From IMG/VR virus record IMGVR_UViG_3300044716_000973, positions 9,120 through 73,119 of that record: 64,000 nucleotides of DNA; one strand, given 5' to 3'. Below, piece by piece: positions 24,091 through 35,125 of the stretch. Position 1 is the stretch's first letter; every line of letters starts with the position of its first letter. The notes under the pieces are model-generated. The model saw only the letters and a program-made list of their open reading frames with translations. It was not told the DNA's origin and ran no database searches. Source of the stretch: a virus. The translations under genes were made by a program, and so were the position numbers.

Positions 24091-25361
24091 TGACAATTGT
24101 TGTTGATCTGCCAAAGATTCCAAAGTTACAATGCTCACCCGATGGTAAATTGAGCCAGAAAGACTTAGATGCTTATTTTAAAAACATTGGTAGAACCATA
24201 GGTCGACTTGAATTATCTGTTGTTGGCTTAGATTTAGATGATGAATGTTCATTAGCAGTTATTGCTGCTATTGTTGCAATTGATGCTGCAACAAAGCCAC
24301 TTGAAGAGATAACAACAACACCATTAGATAAGTTGAAATCAAAAGAACTTGAGTTTCGTTATCGAGCTCGTGAACTTGGTAAAGACATTGAAGAATACTT
24401 TCAAAAGAAAGTTACTGAAATATTACTTGATCTAATTGAATTGTTAGGAATACCGAATCCATTTGAAGTGCCAATTCCATTTCTTGGTACAGCAACACTC
24501 TTAGATGATAAAGGTAATCCATACAAATACGATCCAGTGATTGTGGATTTGTTTACAAAAGAAGGCCAAAGAAAAGTAAAGCTTGCTGCCAAGGAAGACA
24601 TTGAAAAAGTAAACAAGTTCCTTGGTATCGAATCGACATATAATGGTGATCTAGGAATCAAATCACCAGACCTTGAAGCTGAAGAAACTTGGCACAAAAT
24701 AAAGAATTGGTTCAACAATCTTATTAATGACTTTATTGGATCTGTAGCTAATGCAATTGCAAAAGCAGTGAAAGCCATTCCAATCATTGGTAAGCCAATT
24801 TATGATTTGATTACAGCTGCAACAGATCCTACTATTACTGTTGAACAGGCTTTCGATAAACTGGTTGCTGAATACAAAGCCAAGATTAAGAAAGCCAAAG
24901 AAGATGTTTTGTCAGGTAAAGCAGTTGAAGACCTCGGCCAAAAAATCTTAGATGAAGCTATCGAAAAGATTCTAGGAATTCAAATTCCTCTTATTGGCAC
25001 CGTAGGTGATCTAATAGATGTCAATCCTGATGATCGTGATATTGTGATTAAAGAAGGTATTTTTCATGAGATTGAAGATAAGGTAAAAGAACTGATTGCT
25101 AAGGCTCGTAGATTCTTCAAGGGTGGATTGATCGTTAAGATTAATGATATTATTGCAAAGGCACCTGGTTATATCCTACAGCAGTTTCCTATTGTTGGTA
25201 AGATCTTCAAGATTATTAAAAGAGTTGCTGACATTCTTTCGGGCAAGAATCCTTTGACAGAATGTGAAGTACTCAATATACTCTTACCACCAATCTTTAG
25301 CTTTGGCAGTTTAATTGAGAACTTGCTTCCAAAGTGCGTAGAAGTCAGATACTTAGAATAA
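24090..25361 (+). CDS. Hypothetical helical protein between gp5 and gp25
   Basis: 423-aa ORF coupled to the gp5 stop; Ile/Leu/Lys-rich with repeated IPIIG-like turns. Confidence 0.7.
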   Translation: MTIVVDLPKIPKLQCSPDGKLSQKDLDAYFKNIGRTIGRLELSVVGLDLDDECSLAVIAAIVAIDAATKPLEEITTTPLDKLKSKELEFRYRARELGKDIEEYFQKKVTEILLDLIELLGIPNPFEVPIPFLGTATLLDDKGNPYKYDPVIVDLFTKEGQRKVKLAAKEDIEKVNKFLGIESTYNGDLGIKSPDLEAEETWHKIKNWFNNLINDFIGSVANAIAKAVKAIPIIGKPIYDLITAATDPTITVEQAFDKLVAEYKAKIKKAKEDVLSGKAVEDLGQKILDEAIEKILGIQIPLIGTVGDLIDVNPDDRDIVIKEGIFHEIEDKVKELIAKARRFFKGGLIVKINDIIAKAPGYILQQFPIVGKIFKIIKRVADILSGKNPLTECEVLNILLPPIFSFGSLIENLLPKCVEVRYLE

Positions 25362-25382
25362 ATAAAACTAAAAGAGAAATAG

Positions 25383-25820
25383 ATGGTAGATACTGCACGT
25401 ATTGATAGAATTACACGCACAGATAAAGCTTCTGACAAGAAGCCGTATTATAGTGACTTCTATACAAACTTTAACGCGCATCCACAAAACAAGCGTTTGG
25501 TAAAGTATACTAATGAAAACTCTGTAAAGAGATCTGTACGTAATTTGATTCTTACAGAGCCAGGAGAAAGACTTTTTCAACCGGAAATCGGATGCAAAAT
25601 CAGACGTTTACTCTTTGAAAACATGTCTGACATTACTGCAATTCAATTAAAAAATGCTATTGAAGAAACAATATCATTATATGAAAAGCGTGCAAGAGTA
25701 ATCACTGTCGAAGTTGTTCCAAACGAAGACCTTTATAACTACGACGTATACATTATTTTTGAAGTAATAAATAGTATTACTCCTGTTGCCCTCAACATAA
25801 CTTTAGACAGAGCACGATAA
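25383..25820 (+). CDS. gp25: Baseplate wedge gp25
   Basis: NENSVKRSVRNLILTEPGERLFQPEIGC...LLFE. Confidence 0.92.
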   Translation: MVDTARIDRITRTDKASDKKPYYSDFYTNFNAHPQNKRLVKYTNENSVKRSVRNLILTEPGERLFQPEIGCKIRRLLFENMSDITAIQLKNAIEETISLYEKRARVITVEVVPNEDLYNYDVYIIFEVINSITPVALNITLDRAR

Positions 25821-27616
25821 TGGCTGCCAATTCAAGTATTACTTTATCACAACTTGATTTTAACGAGTATAAAAACTCGCTCAAAATGTATCTTACTGAA
25901 CAAGATGAGTTCAAGGATTATGATTTTGAGGGTAGTAACTTATCCGTTCTGCTCGATGTTCTTGCCTATAATACCTACCAAAACGCATTCTATCTGAATA
26001 TGATTGGTAGTGAAATGTTCTTAGACTCTGCTAGGTTACGTGATAGCGTAGTTTCGCACGCCAAAGAATTAAATTATCTTCCAAGATCGTTTACATCTGC
26101 AATTGCTAAAATTCAATTGAAAATTACTCCAACAGATTCAAACAAAAACTCGATTGTTATTCCAAAGGGTACTGCGTTTATTTCTCGTGTTGATGATTTC
26201 ACTTATACGTTCAGCACAAGCGAAAACGTAGTTATTACAAATAAAGTAAATGGTTCTTTCCAAAGTGATACTATCACGATTTATGAAGGCAACTACCTGA
26301 GTGATACTTCAGTTATTAATTACAGCAGCCCGCTCATCTATAGAATTAGTAATAGAAACGTAGATATTTCAAGTGTTACAGTAACTATACTTGAAGACAA
26401 TGGTTCAGTCACTCAGGAATATACAAGAGCAACTTCGCTATTTGGACACGATGAAAACTCAAAAGTCTTTTTCTTGCAACCAGCCATTGGTGACTCTTAT
26501 GAAGTAGTATTTGGAGATGGTGTTGTTGGTCGTAAACCAAAAAACAATTCAATTGTAATTATTGAATACCGAGTATCAAATGGTGAGCTTCCAAACGGTG
26601 CATTTAGATTTATCAATGCAGCACGTATTGACAGTGAATCAGATATTATTATTACAACAGTTAGTGCTGCAGCCGATGGTGCAGTTGCTGAAGATTTGAA
26701 CTCAATTAAGTTTAATGCTCCAAGAGCTTTTACAACTCAAGAACGTGCAGTCACGGCTGAAGATTATGAGAATCTATTGAAGGCCAACTATCCAGAGATT
26801 AATGCTGTCATAGCATACGGTGGTGAGGATGCAACTCCTCCACAATATGGTCGTATCTTTGTTTCCGTTGATCTGACAGATGTTGATGGTCTACCAAAGA
26901 TTAAGGAAGACGAATATAAGAGATTCCTTCGTTCACGCTCTTCGGTTGCAATGGAACCACTCTTCATTACTCCAGATTATACCTATCTTAAAATTGATAG
27001 TACTGTTCGTTATAACATCAACAGAACAGGTCTAAATCCTGAAGATCTTCGTACTTATGCAATTGATGCTATTCTAAACTATGCATCAACAAATCTAAAT
27101 AGCTTTGCCAAAACATTTAGATACTCTAAGCTTGTTCAAGCAATTGATGCAACAGACGCCAGCATTATTAGTAATGAAACAGATATCAATCTAGTAAAAT
27201 ATCTTACTCCACAAATCGGTACTGCTTTAAACTTAACAATAGATTTTAAGTGTCCGCTAACTCATGAAATTCCTCTATTAGGTGATGAGCATCCTATTAT
27301 TGACGTACATGGTGTAACATCAACCGCGTTTACATATAATGGAATTCAAAACTGTGTTCTAGAAGATAACGGTGATGGCATTATGAGAATTGTAACTCCT
27401 ACTGGAGCAAACCATAAGAAGATTATCGATATTGGAACTGTTGATTACGACACAGGCGTTGTCAGACTGAATAACTTTAATATTCAAAACTATGTAGGTA
27501 CATCACTGAAGATCTATGCTGAGCCAAGATCACGCGATATTACTGCCATCCAGAATGTGATATTAAATATCATTGAATCAGACGTGAACATCACAATCGA
27601 ACAGATCAGAGAATAA
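25820..27616 (+). CDS. gp6: Baseplate wedge gp6
   Basis: LDFNEYKNSL, DYDFEGSNLSVLLDVLAYNT, FLDSARLRDSVVSHAK, FGDGVVG and QERAVTAEDY. Confidence 0.95.
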   Translation: MAANSSITLSQLDFNEYKNSLKMYLTEQDEFKDYDFEGSNLSVLLDVLAYNTYQNAFYLNMIGSEMFLDSARLRDSVVSHAKELNYLPRSFTSAIAKIQLKITPTDSNKNSIVIPKGTAFISRVDDFTYTFSTSENVVITNKVNGSFQSDTITIYEGNYLSDTSVINYSSPLIYRISNRNVDISSVTVTILEDNGSVTQEYTRATSLFGHDENSKVFFLQPAIGDSYEVVFGDGVVGRKPKNNSIVIIEYRVSNGELPNGAFRFINAARIDSESDIIITTVSAAADGAVAEDLNSIKFNAPRAFTTQERAVTAEDYENLLKANYPEINAVIAYGGEDATPPQYGRIFVSVDLTDVDGLPKIKEDEYKRFLRSRSSVAMEPLFITPDYTYLKIDSTVRYNINRTGLNPEDLRTYAIDAILNYASTNLNSFAKTFRYSKLVQAIDATDASIISNETDINLVKYLTPQIGTALNLTIDFKCPLTHEIPLLGDEHPIIDVHGVTSTAFTYNGIQNCVLEDNGDGIMRIVTPTGANHKKIIDIGTVDYDTGVVRLNNFNIQNYVGTSLKIYAEPRSRDITAIQNVILNIIESDVNITIEQIRE

Positions 27617-30600
27617 TGAAGAAAATAGAAGCAATAATTTCTCCATTTGTTGAGAACCAGTTTCCTTCTTTCTATCAGGAAGAGGGTCCACAGTTCATTG
27701 CTTTTGCCAAAGCATATTTTGAGTGGATGGAGAACAGCGGTTCTTATACGGCGGCCAACGGTGATATTGTAACCCCTTATATTGATTCATCTGCAAACAT
27801 TAGCTATACATCTAATAGCTCAAATAAAGCAATAGGTCCTGCTGCTCTTTACCAAGCACGTAAACTTCCAGACTATCGTGATATTGATACAACTGTAGAT
27901 GAGTTTATTCTACAGTTCAAAGAAAAGTATCTGAAGAACATTCAGTTTGATACTGCCACAAACAAAGAACTTCTAATTAAGAACTCGCTCGACCTGTATC
28001 GTTCAAAGGGTACTGAGCGTTCTATTGACTTGTTCTTCAAATTGGTATATGGTACAGCTGCTGAAGTACGTTATCCAGCTGATAACATTCTTCGTGTTTC
28101 TGATGGTATTTGGGAAAGACCAGAATATCTAGAAGTTACACACAAGCGCTTTAACGTTGACTATGTCGGTAAGCAAATCATTGGTGCTATTTCTGGTGCC
28201 AAAGCATTCGTAGAAAAGTTCATTCGTCGTCGTACCTCGGTTGGATACGTAGATATTCTTTATATCTCTGGACGCCAAGGCGAGTTTACCAATGGTGAAT
28301 TGCTTGGTCTAAATGTCAATAACAATCCAGTTTATGACAGAACAAAGAGAGCTAAGCTCATTGGTTCTGTTAAGCGTGTAATTCTACAAGATCGTAGCCG
28401 CGATTTTAAAGTTGGTGATATTGTTACATTCACCGGAACTTCAAACGGTCTCGGTGGTTTAGCTCGAGTTGAGTCTGTCAGTGAAGCAACTGGTATCGTA
28501 GACTTTATCTTTATCGATGGTGGATATGGATACACACTCAATTCAGAATCAATTATCTCTGAAAAAGTAATCACACTTGATAGCGTTGTAGTAAATACAA
28601 ACAGCGACCAATACTTCCGTCTGTTCGAACAGGCAGTTGAACCAATTGTGAATGCCACGTTTACAGGTGCGACTGCAAATCTAACGATTGGCCAAACACT
28701 ATCTCGTTACGCATCAAATGGCCAAGTGTCCGGTTCTGGTAAGATTGTCGATATAGATCAGACCGGTTCAAATGGCACGATTATGATTTCACACGTCAAT
28801 GGCGTGTTTACAAATACAGCAACATACTTTACACCCGGCAATGTCATTTCATTCCATGCCAACACCGTTGAAGATAGAACAATTGGTGGTAAGGTAATGG
28901 GTATACCACAAGTGTACACATTAACTTTAAGAAATCAAAATGGTACGCTTGCTGTAAATCAATCTGTTCTATATAAAAATACATCTGCTATTGTAGGCAG
29001 AGGAACTATTCAGAGTATTACTGCAGATGGTACTGGTAATACCGTTGTAATCAATAATACGCGCGGAGCATTTCCAATTGGAGAAAGATTAGAAGTATCT
29101 ACGGATTCTTCTATCTCTGCTAATGTGACTGCAGTAAGTCTTACTGTTGGTGTATATGATATTAGAAAGTTCATTAGTACACTAAAATATTCTACAGCGA
29201 ATAATAGTGAACTTTTACATAGCAATAGAATCTATCGCTATGACAGTGCCGGAAAGAAGATCGCTGAGGGTCTTCTTCTTACTGTCTCTCATGATGCTGG
29301 TACTTCATCTGGTAATCTTACCTTTGTTCCAATCAAAGGTTACTTTACTGAAACTGATACATTCTATACTGGTGCAAACACAGGTCGTGCTACTGTTGTT
29401 ACATACACAGTAGCAAATGCCGGTGGTGACTATATTGCTTCTGAGCATGCAAGACTCTTTACACAAACAACTAACACCACAGCGATTCCACTTACAACAA
29501 GTTTTGGTTCCGGTGCACAGTTTAATGTTGGAACTCTTGGTGATACAGAAGACATCTTCATTGGTACAGATCTGATCTCTGCAAATGGTGTAGGAACACT
29601 TGATTACGATCGTGTAACTCTAACAGTCGGATCAAGTTCTGCGTTTGCTGTTGGTGATCGTGTTTATCAAGAAGTAAACAAAATTGCATTTAATGCAAGT
29701 AGCTCTGTAAATGCTACAACTGGAAAAATTACTCTTCCAAGTGCTAGCACACTATTCAACATTGGCGATATTGTACGATATCAAGTTGCTGCTGGAAATA
29801 CTGCACTAAACGGTTTGTATAATGGTGATTACTACTATGTTGCAGCTACTACGGCAACAGACGTAATTCTTTCTCATCCATATCGTAAGTTTGACCAAAT
29901 CAATTCCACAAACTTCTCTACATTTGCTAATAACAAAGTGGATGAAGCGGGACATTACTTATATAAGTTAGCACATGGAACTGTTTTTGAAAAATCAACA
30001 GGCGTATTAAGAACTAAAGATAACCACAATTACTTTTCTGTTACTGGCGGAACTGCAGATGTAAGCACACCTGCAAATAGTAATATTATTAAGTACGGTG
30101 CAACATCCACAAATACTACTATTGATACTGTAGCAGTTTACACTACACTTAATCAAGCAAATCAAGTATATTCTGCTTTACCAATTGCCGGTGCTGCATT
30201 CGGATTTCCAAAGAATCCTCAAGGTGATTCTAAGAATAAGATCTTTACATGTCTGACGTTTGATAAATTCACACTCGGTTCTATTGGAGCACTTTCAGGC
30301 ATCGACCCTGGAGCTGGTTACAATGTCGATCCGTATGTTCTTGCTTATCAACCATATATTTCAGCATTTGGTCGTAGAGATTTTATTATTAATATTTCCG
30401 GTGCAACTGGTGTATATGCAGTTGGAGAAAGAGTAAATCAAACTCTTGCAGATTTAAGGTACTACGATCTAAAAGTAGATAATGGTGCTTACAGTGATAC
30501 GTTTGATGAAAAGGTTGTAACAGTAAATGTTGACGACGAAATCCAGAGTGGAAATGATTTCATTCTGTATGTTTCAAATTCTTCTACATTCAATACAACA

Positions 30601-32715
30601 GATGATGTAAATTCAAATACAGATTTTATTTCTATTACAAATGCAAATGGTACATATCCAGTAAATACATATGTTCGCTATTATACTAATAATGGAAACA
30701 CGGCATTATCTTCTCTTGCTAACAATGCGTTCTATTATGTTGCAATGTCTAACTCGTCTGGCATTACGCTAGCGACTAGTCAGGGTGGTGCAAATATTAA
30801 CCTGACTCAGGCTTCGAATGTTGCGACCTTCAACTCAAACACAAACGTTCAAAATAGCAATGATTTTATTACTATTGCAACTGCAAATACATTGTTTGCA
30901 AATGGCCAACAGGTAAGATACATTACTGGTGCCGGTAATACTGCAGTAACCGGTTTAACAAACAATGCTCTGTATTATGTAAGATACGCAAACACAACTG
31001 GTCTTGCTCTGTCTGAGACTGCTGGCGGCGCGAACGTAAATATTACTGCTCTGGATCCAGGTGGTGCCGGTCATTTCCTAAGATATTTTAATCCAGCTGC
31101 TAATGGACATAACATTGTCAAGTATGCAAATGAGTTTGCAAACAATCAAAGAGTAATATATCGTACGCCTGCAGCAAACACGGTTATCGATGGTCTGGCA
31201 AATAACACTGCATACTATATTGTCAGTGCAAACACGGTTGGATTCAAACTGTCGGATGCACGTGGCGGAACAGTCAAGGCGATCAACGCTGCTTCGGCCT
31301 CACTGGAATCACATACATTCTCTACAATTCCTGGATTCCTACCTGGTGATCGTGTGTATCAAAGCACGACTCCGGTAATGAATGCCAGTGTACAATCAAT
31401 CTTCTCAAATACAACTGGCGATTATGTTCGTGTATCTGGTAATACATCAACAATCAATGTAACATCATCAAATACACTGCTTTCATATTCAAATCCGTAT
31501 GTTAGTGCAAATGTATCTACTGCAAGCTTGTATCAAATTACATCTACTGCAAAGGGTATTGTCAAGTCAGCCAATACCACTGCAGTTCGCGTAAAGAGAC
31601 TCAGTTTTGAAAATACATTTAGACCGGGTTCACCTCCAAGTGTTTCACTTCTGCTTGGTGAATTTTCTGGTGCAGAAGCTCAAATCACAGGAGTTACTGA
31701 AGATTTAGACCTTATCTATCCGATTGGTTTAAATGCTCAGATTGAAGCTAACGTTATTACAGCAAATGGCCAAATTACATCTCTGCAGGTTGTAGACTCT
31801 GGTGTTGGTTATTCGAATAGTGATGTTCTACAATACACTTCAGCAGATGGTGCACGTTCAGGGTCTATTAAAATTGTTGTTGATGGTCATGGCATCGGTG
31901 AAGGATATTATAGAAGTTCAAAAGGCTTCCTATCTGAAGACATGTACATTCATGACGGTGACTACTATCAAGAATACTCGTACGAGATTCTGTCGAAGAT
32001 CTCTGTTGATCGTTATGCCGACATGTTCAAGAAGGTTATGCATACTGCTGGTACTAAGTTCTTTGGTTCGGCACTGGTTGTCGAGGAAGATTCTATTACA
32101 GTTGAACTCTCTGAGATTGCAACCGGTCAAGAAGTGAAGTTCAACTCAGCTAGTGATGTAAGCACGGCAAATGAAACAATTGATACGGACATTACGCCAA
32201 ATCCATTTGCAAATGGCGATATTGTAAGATACACAACCGCGTCTGGTAATGTAGCACTGGAAGGAACATTTGGTGGGTTTGCTTTTACAGCCACCGGTGG
32301 TACTTTCATATCTAGATCAAATATTAACACCAGCAATTCTACCGCTTTTATCTATCCTATAGTAATAGATGATTATGTAAGATACTTAAATGCCGGCGGT
32401 GGTGATCCTGTAGGCGGGTTAATAGACGGAAATTATTACTATGTTGTATTTGCAAACACTAGCGGTTTTAGATTATCATCTACTATTAGAGGAACTCCTA
32501 TAACAGTTACTCCACCTAGTGGATTTGCGGGTGCCCACGTTGTTAATCGATTTAATATTTCCAATGGGGCCAGTTTCTTTGTTGCTGGAACAAGCGGAAG
32601 TACTATTAAACTATCCAGGTTTAGTAACGGTGCGTCTGTGATAAATATAACAGCTAATACAACACCTGATGTAGATACATCCGGCCATTACTTGACAAAG
32701 ATCATCGAGGAATAA
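27616..32715 (+). CDS. gp7: Baseplate wedge gp7-like protein with inserted repeat domains
   Basis: FIAFAKAYFEWME, LYRSKGTERSIDLFFKLVYG and DGDYYQEYSYEI...HTAGTKFFG; between gp6 and gp8. Confidence 0.75.
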   Translation: MKKIEAIISPFVENQFPSFYQEEGPQFIAFAKAYFEWMENSGSYTAANGDIVTPYIDSSANISYTSNSSNKAIGPAALYQARKLPDYRDIDTTVDEFILQFKEKYLKNIQFDTATNKELLIKNSLDLYRSKGTERSIDLFFKLVYGTAAEVRYPADNILRVSDGIWERPEYLEVTHKRFNVDYVGKQIIGAISGAKAFVEKFIRRRTSVGYVDILYISGRQGEFTNGELLGLNVNNNPVYDRTKRAKLIGSVKRVILQDRSRDFKVGDIVTFTGTSNGLGGLARVESVSEATGIVDFIFIDGGYGYTLNSESIISEKVITLDSVVVNTNSDQYFRLFEQAVEPIVNATFTGATANLTIGQTLSRYASNGQVSGSGKIVDIDQTGSNGTIMISHVNGVFTNTATYFTPGNVISFHANTVEDRTIGGKVMGIPQVYTLTLRNQNGTLAVNQSVLYKNTSAIVGRGTIQSITADGTGNTVVINNTRGAFPIGERLEVSTDSSISANVTAVSLTVGVYDIRKFISTLKYSTANNSELLHSNRIYRYDSAGKKIAEGLLLTVSHDAGTSSGNLTFVPIKGYFTETDTFYTGANTGRATVVTYTVANAGGDYIASEHARLFTQTTNTTAIPLTTSFGSGAQFNVGTLGDTEDIFIGTDLISANGVGTLDYDRVTLTVGSSSAFAVGDRVYQEVNKIAFNASSSVNATTGKITLPSASTLFNIGDIVRYQVAAGNTALNGLYNGDYYYVAATTATDVILSHPYRKFDQINSTNFSTFANNKVDEAGHYLYKLAHGTVFEKSTGVLRTKDNHNYFSVTGGTADVSTPANSNIIKYGATSTNTTIDTVAVYTTLNQANQVYSALPIAGAAFGFPKNPQGDSKNKIFTCLTFDKFTLGSIGALSGIDPGAGYNVDPYVLAYQPYISAFGRRDFIINISGATGVYAVGERVNQTLADLRYYDLKVDNGAYSDTFDEKVVTVNVDDEIQSGNDFILYVSNSSTFNTTDDVNSNTDFISITNANGTYPVNTYVRYYTNNGNTALSSLANNAFYYVAMSNSSGITLATSQGGANINLTQASNVATFNSNTNVQNSNDFITIATANTLFANGQQVRYITGAGNTAVTGLTNNALYYVRYANTTGLALSETAGGANVNITALDPGGAGHFLRYFNPAANGHNIVKYANEFANNQRVIYRTPAANTVIDGLANNTAYYIVSANTVGFKLSDARGGTVKAINAASASLESHTFSTIPGFLPGDRVYQSTTPVMNASVQSIFSNTTGDYVRVSGNTSTINVTSSNTLLSYSNPYVSANVSTASLYQITSTAKGIVKSANTTAVRVKRLSFENTFRPGSPPSVSLLLGEFSGAEAQITGVTEDLDLIYPIGLNAQIEANVITANGQITSLQVVDSGVGYSNSDVLQYTSADGARSGSIKIVVDGHGIGEGYYRSSKGFLSEDMYIHDGDYYQEYSYEILSKISVDRYADMFKKVMHTAGTKFFGSALVVEEDSITVELSEIATGQEVKFNSASDVSTANETIDTDITPNPFANGDIVRYTTASGNVALEGTFGGFAFTATGGTFISRSNINTSNSTAFIYPIVIDDYVRYLNAGGGDPVGGLIDGNYYYVVFANTSGFRLSSTIRGTPITVTPPSGFAGAHVVNRFNISNGASFFVAGTSGSTIKLSRFSNGASVINITANTTPDVDTSGHYLTKIIEE

Positions 32716-35121
32716 ATGTCAGTTACTCAAAAACTTGTAACAACCAATTTTAATGTAGAAAGTGCCGCAAGTTTTGTGAGCTCTTTTGCAAACAATGATT
32801 ACTTTGTCTTTGCCGGCAAGCATACTCCGTATCCTGGAAGTGATGCTGTTCTAACCACGCCAAACAATAGCATCAAGTCTACAAACATTGATGTTTATAA
32901 CGATATGATCTTTGCTAAGAGGATTACTTCTAGCGATGTAGCTCATGTTATTCCTAAGTATCTTTGGTCTTCTGGTACTTACTACGATAAGTACGATCAT
33001 ACTGATGGTAATTTAGATACAAAGAAATTCTATACGGTTGTAGATGCCGGTACAGAATTTAATGTTTTCAAATGTTTATTCAATGCTAGTAATAGTACAG
33101 TACAAGTAAGTTCTACTGACGCTCCATCTGTAAAATCATTAGAACCATATCCTACTGGTGATGAATATATTTGGAAGTACATGTATAGTATTACCAAAGC
33201 AGAGTATGAAAAGTTTGCTACAACAAACTATATTCCAGTCATTGCAAATACAACAGTAGAAGCTGCGGCCGTTCCTGGCACTATTGAAGTAGTTGATATT
33301 ATTACACGCGGCAAGGGTTATGATAACTATATTAATAATGGCATTTTTAGAACTACTGACATCAGTGTTGGTGGTAATGATGAAATCTACGGTGCACCAG
33401 ATACTGCTGAAGCAGAAGATGATTATTACGCAGGTTGTGTAATTAAGATTACTGAGTCTTCAGCCGGTGCTGCAAATCAATATCGTCGTATTGTAGATTA
33501 TCGTGGCCAAGGTGGCCAAAAAATCTTTATTCTAGATTCACCATTTAATCCTGCTCCTGCAGCCGGCGATGAATATGAAGTTTATCCGTATGTTTACATA
33601 TGGGGAGATGGAAGTGAAACAACAGCTGCCGAAGGTAGAGCTATTATTGACAGCGCAAGTTCTAATTCAATTGTAGAAATTGAAATGCTTGCCGTTGGCG
33701 CAGGCTATCGCTATGGCGAAGCATATGCAGGAAAAACTACAAACAGTATTCCAGTTACAGTTGATAGCGTGTTTATTGATCTTCCAGCTTCTGTATCAGG
33801 TAGCGCTGGCTTTACTGCGGCAACATTGCAGCCAATTATTTCGCCTATAAATGGTCATGGATCAGATCCAACTACCGAGCTGGGTGGCAAAAGAGTTTGC
33901 ATTAGTACTAAGTTTACAAACAGCGAAGGTTCAACTATTCCAGTCGAGAACGATTTCCGTCAAGTAGGTATTATTAAGAATCCTTTATACACAAACGTAG
34001 ATATTATTCTTAAAACTGCAAATACACTTGGTACTGGATTTAGTATTGGTGAAACAGTTCATCAATTTAAGCAATTTAAGCTTCATGGAAATGTTTCAGT
34101 TACATCTGGTAGTACTACGATTAAGAAAACAAATCAAGGTCGTATTTCTACTGCTGTTAGTATTATTAATGGTGGTGAAAGCTATTCATCAGACGTAGCC
34201 GTGACTGTAACTAATCCTCTTTCTGGTGGAAATGGTCTTGCCGTATCTGTTAACTTAACAGGTGGAGTAATTACTAGCGTTGATGTGTCTAACCAAGGTA
34301 ATAACTATATTGAATTGCCTACTTTGCAAGTAACTGCTACCACTGGAACCAACGGTCAGTTGGCTGCAGCATTTGCTAATCCACAAACACCTACGTTTAA
34401 AGATAACTTTGTTGCTGGTGATTATGTTCTAGTTACAAGTGGAACCAATCTTTTTCTTTCAAAAGTGGCAGGCGTTCCTCAGGATTACCAAATTACTACA
34501 ACAACAAATTCGACATTCACTGGAGATAACTGTGAAGTTTCAGCACTTGTTCTTCAAGCTTCTGGAAAAGTTTCATCTGTAAGTGCTGGAAGAATTACTC
34601 TTTCAAATGTTGCGGGCGTATTCACAGAAAATTCTAGAGTTATTGGTCTTACTTCTAACACGATCAGCGTTATTCAAACAACCGCTGGCGCCTCTCCATC
34701 GCTTCCAATTGAAGTAAATGATAAAGCGGCTGGAGGATTTAATACTGCTGTTCAACTTACAAGACTAACTGGTACCTTCCCGACTGGTGGAACAAGTTTC
34801 CTTGAAGATGAAGTTATTGAACAAACTAGCTTAATACCATATGCTAAACCACGTGGTGCTTTCCACCATATCGAACTTACAGATGGGTCTGATAATGATA
34901 TCATGTTTATTAGTAATAAGTTTGGTATTTACAATTTAGATCCAGGTGGTGTAAGACCTATTAGAGGCGTAACTACTCTTGCTTCGCTCAATAATCTGAC
35001 TAATAAATATCCTGGAGACTTTGTTGTCGGCAGTGGCCAGGTTCTATATCTTGAAAATCTAGACCCGATTACTCGAAGCGGCAACAAATCAGAAATTATA
35101 AAGATAATCTTGGAGTTTTAA
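32716..35121 (+). CDS. gp8: Baseplate wedge gp8-like protein (extended)
   Basis: MIFAKRI, NVFKCLFN, YIWKYMYSI, NDFRQVGIIKNP and SGQVLYLENLDPITR...EIIKIILEF. Confidence 0.85.
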   Translation: MSVTQKLVTTNFNVESAASFVSSFANNDYFVFAGKHTPYPGSDAVLTTPNNSIKSTNIDVYNDMIFAKRITSSDVAHVIPKYLWSSGTYYDKYDHTDGNLDTKKFYTVVDAGTEFNVFKCLFNASNSTVQVSSTDAPSVKSLEPYPTGDEYIWKYMYSITKAEYEKFATTNYIPVIANTTVEAAAVPGTIEVVDIITRGKGYDNYINNGIFRTTDISVGGNDEIYGAPDTAEAEDDYYAGCVIKITESSAGAANQYRRIVDYRGQGGQKIFILDSPFNPAPAAGDEYEVYPYVYIWGDGSETTAAEGRAIIDSASSNSIVEIEMLAVGAGYRYGEAYAGKTTNSIPVTVDSVFIDLPASVSGSAGFTAATLQPIISPINGHGSDPTTELGGKRVCISTKFTNSEGSTIPVENDFRQVGIIKNPLYTNVDIILKTANTLGTGFSIGETVHQFKQFKLHGNVSVTSGSTTIKKTNQGRISTAVSIINGGESYSSDVAVTVTNPLSGGNGLAVSVNLTGGVITSVDVSNQGNNYIELPTLQVTATTGTNGQLAAAFANPQTPTFKDNFVAGDYVLVTSGTNLFLSKVAGVPQDYQITTTTNSTFTGDNCEVSALVLQASGKVSSVSAGRITLSNVAGVFTENSRVIGLTSNTISVIQTTAGASPSLPIEVNDKAAGGFNTAVQLTRLTGTFPTGGTSFLEDEVIEQTSLIPYAKPRGAFHHIELTDGSDNDIMFISNKFGIYNLDPGGVRPIRGVTTLASLNNLTNKYPGDFVVGSGQVLYLENLDPITRSGNKSEIIKIILEF

Positions 35122-35125
35122 TTAA

